From Tubiluchus corallicola (taxonomy: Eukaryota; Animalia; Priapulida), in the NCBI GenBank assembly GCA_030141605.1, contig JAQGDQ010000393.1, positions 1-64,000 of the forward strand: DNA of 64,000 nucleotides, given 5' to 3'. Under the pieces are notes generated by a model that saw only the letters and a list, made by a program, of their open reading frames with translations, was not told where the DNA came from and searched no databases. The translations under genes and the position numbers were made by a program. Positions 63,684-64,000 of this stretch are shown here, piece after piece (positions within the stretch are counted from its first letter, which is position 1; the number at the start of each line of letters is the position of its first letter).

Positions 63684-64000
63684 CTGTTGCAAAAACCAGT
63701 CAAGTTTCAAATTTTCCAGTTTTTACACTACGTGCTTACATATTATCACTAAAAAGAGCGATATTTATTAATTAAATTTCAACGCTTAAACACAGGTTTA
63801 CTGACTGAAATTTTACCAACTGATCTTTTCGTCTTATTTTACAGTGTTTTTATAATTTGTCTGACTTAGTACTTGTGCCTAATTTTGTTTAGTTTTTGTT
63901 TTTATTAAAATTAATTTTGAAATAACTTTAACCTGTTAAATTTAGTTTTATCTAACTTTTGCTTTCAGTCCGCATCTAATTTTACAAAGTCTTTTGTGAT

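Overview
AT-rich invertebrate animal genomic DNA with spliceosomal GT-AG introns; the phylum cannot be fixed from the sequence. About 48 kb is one minus-strand gene. I spliced 52 coding exons by hand (ATG at 48092, last visible exon ending at 32); every junction is phase-consistent, giving 9451 nt or about 3150 aa. The product is an apolipophorin/apoB-like large lipid transfer protein (signal peptide, Vitellogenin_N, DUF1943, long beta region, amphipathic helices, start of VWD) and continues past the left edge. Its introns carry many non-autonomous elements: hAT-, Harbinger-, pogo/Tigger- and Kolobok-like MITEs, a Helentron-like element, LINE 3' remnants, tRNA-headed SINEs and a full-length 5S rRNA-derived SINE with a target-site duplication. 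Upstream lie an orphan signal-peptide exon (possible alternative first exon), unresolved exon-like islands and L2/CR1 remnants. At the right edge are the last two exons of a trypsin-fold gene whose catalytic Ser is replaced by Pro. There is no CRISPR or prokaryotic system, and I found nothing I can call a wholly new biological system. All family assignments come from motif recognition, not database searches.
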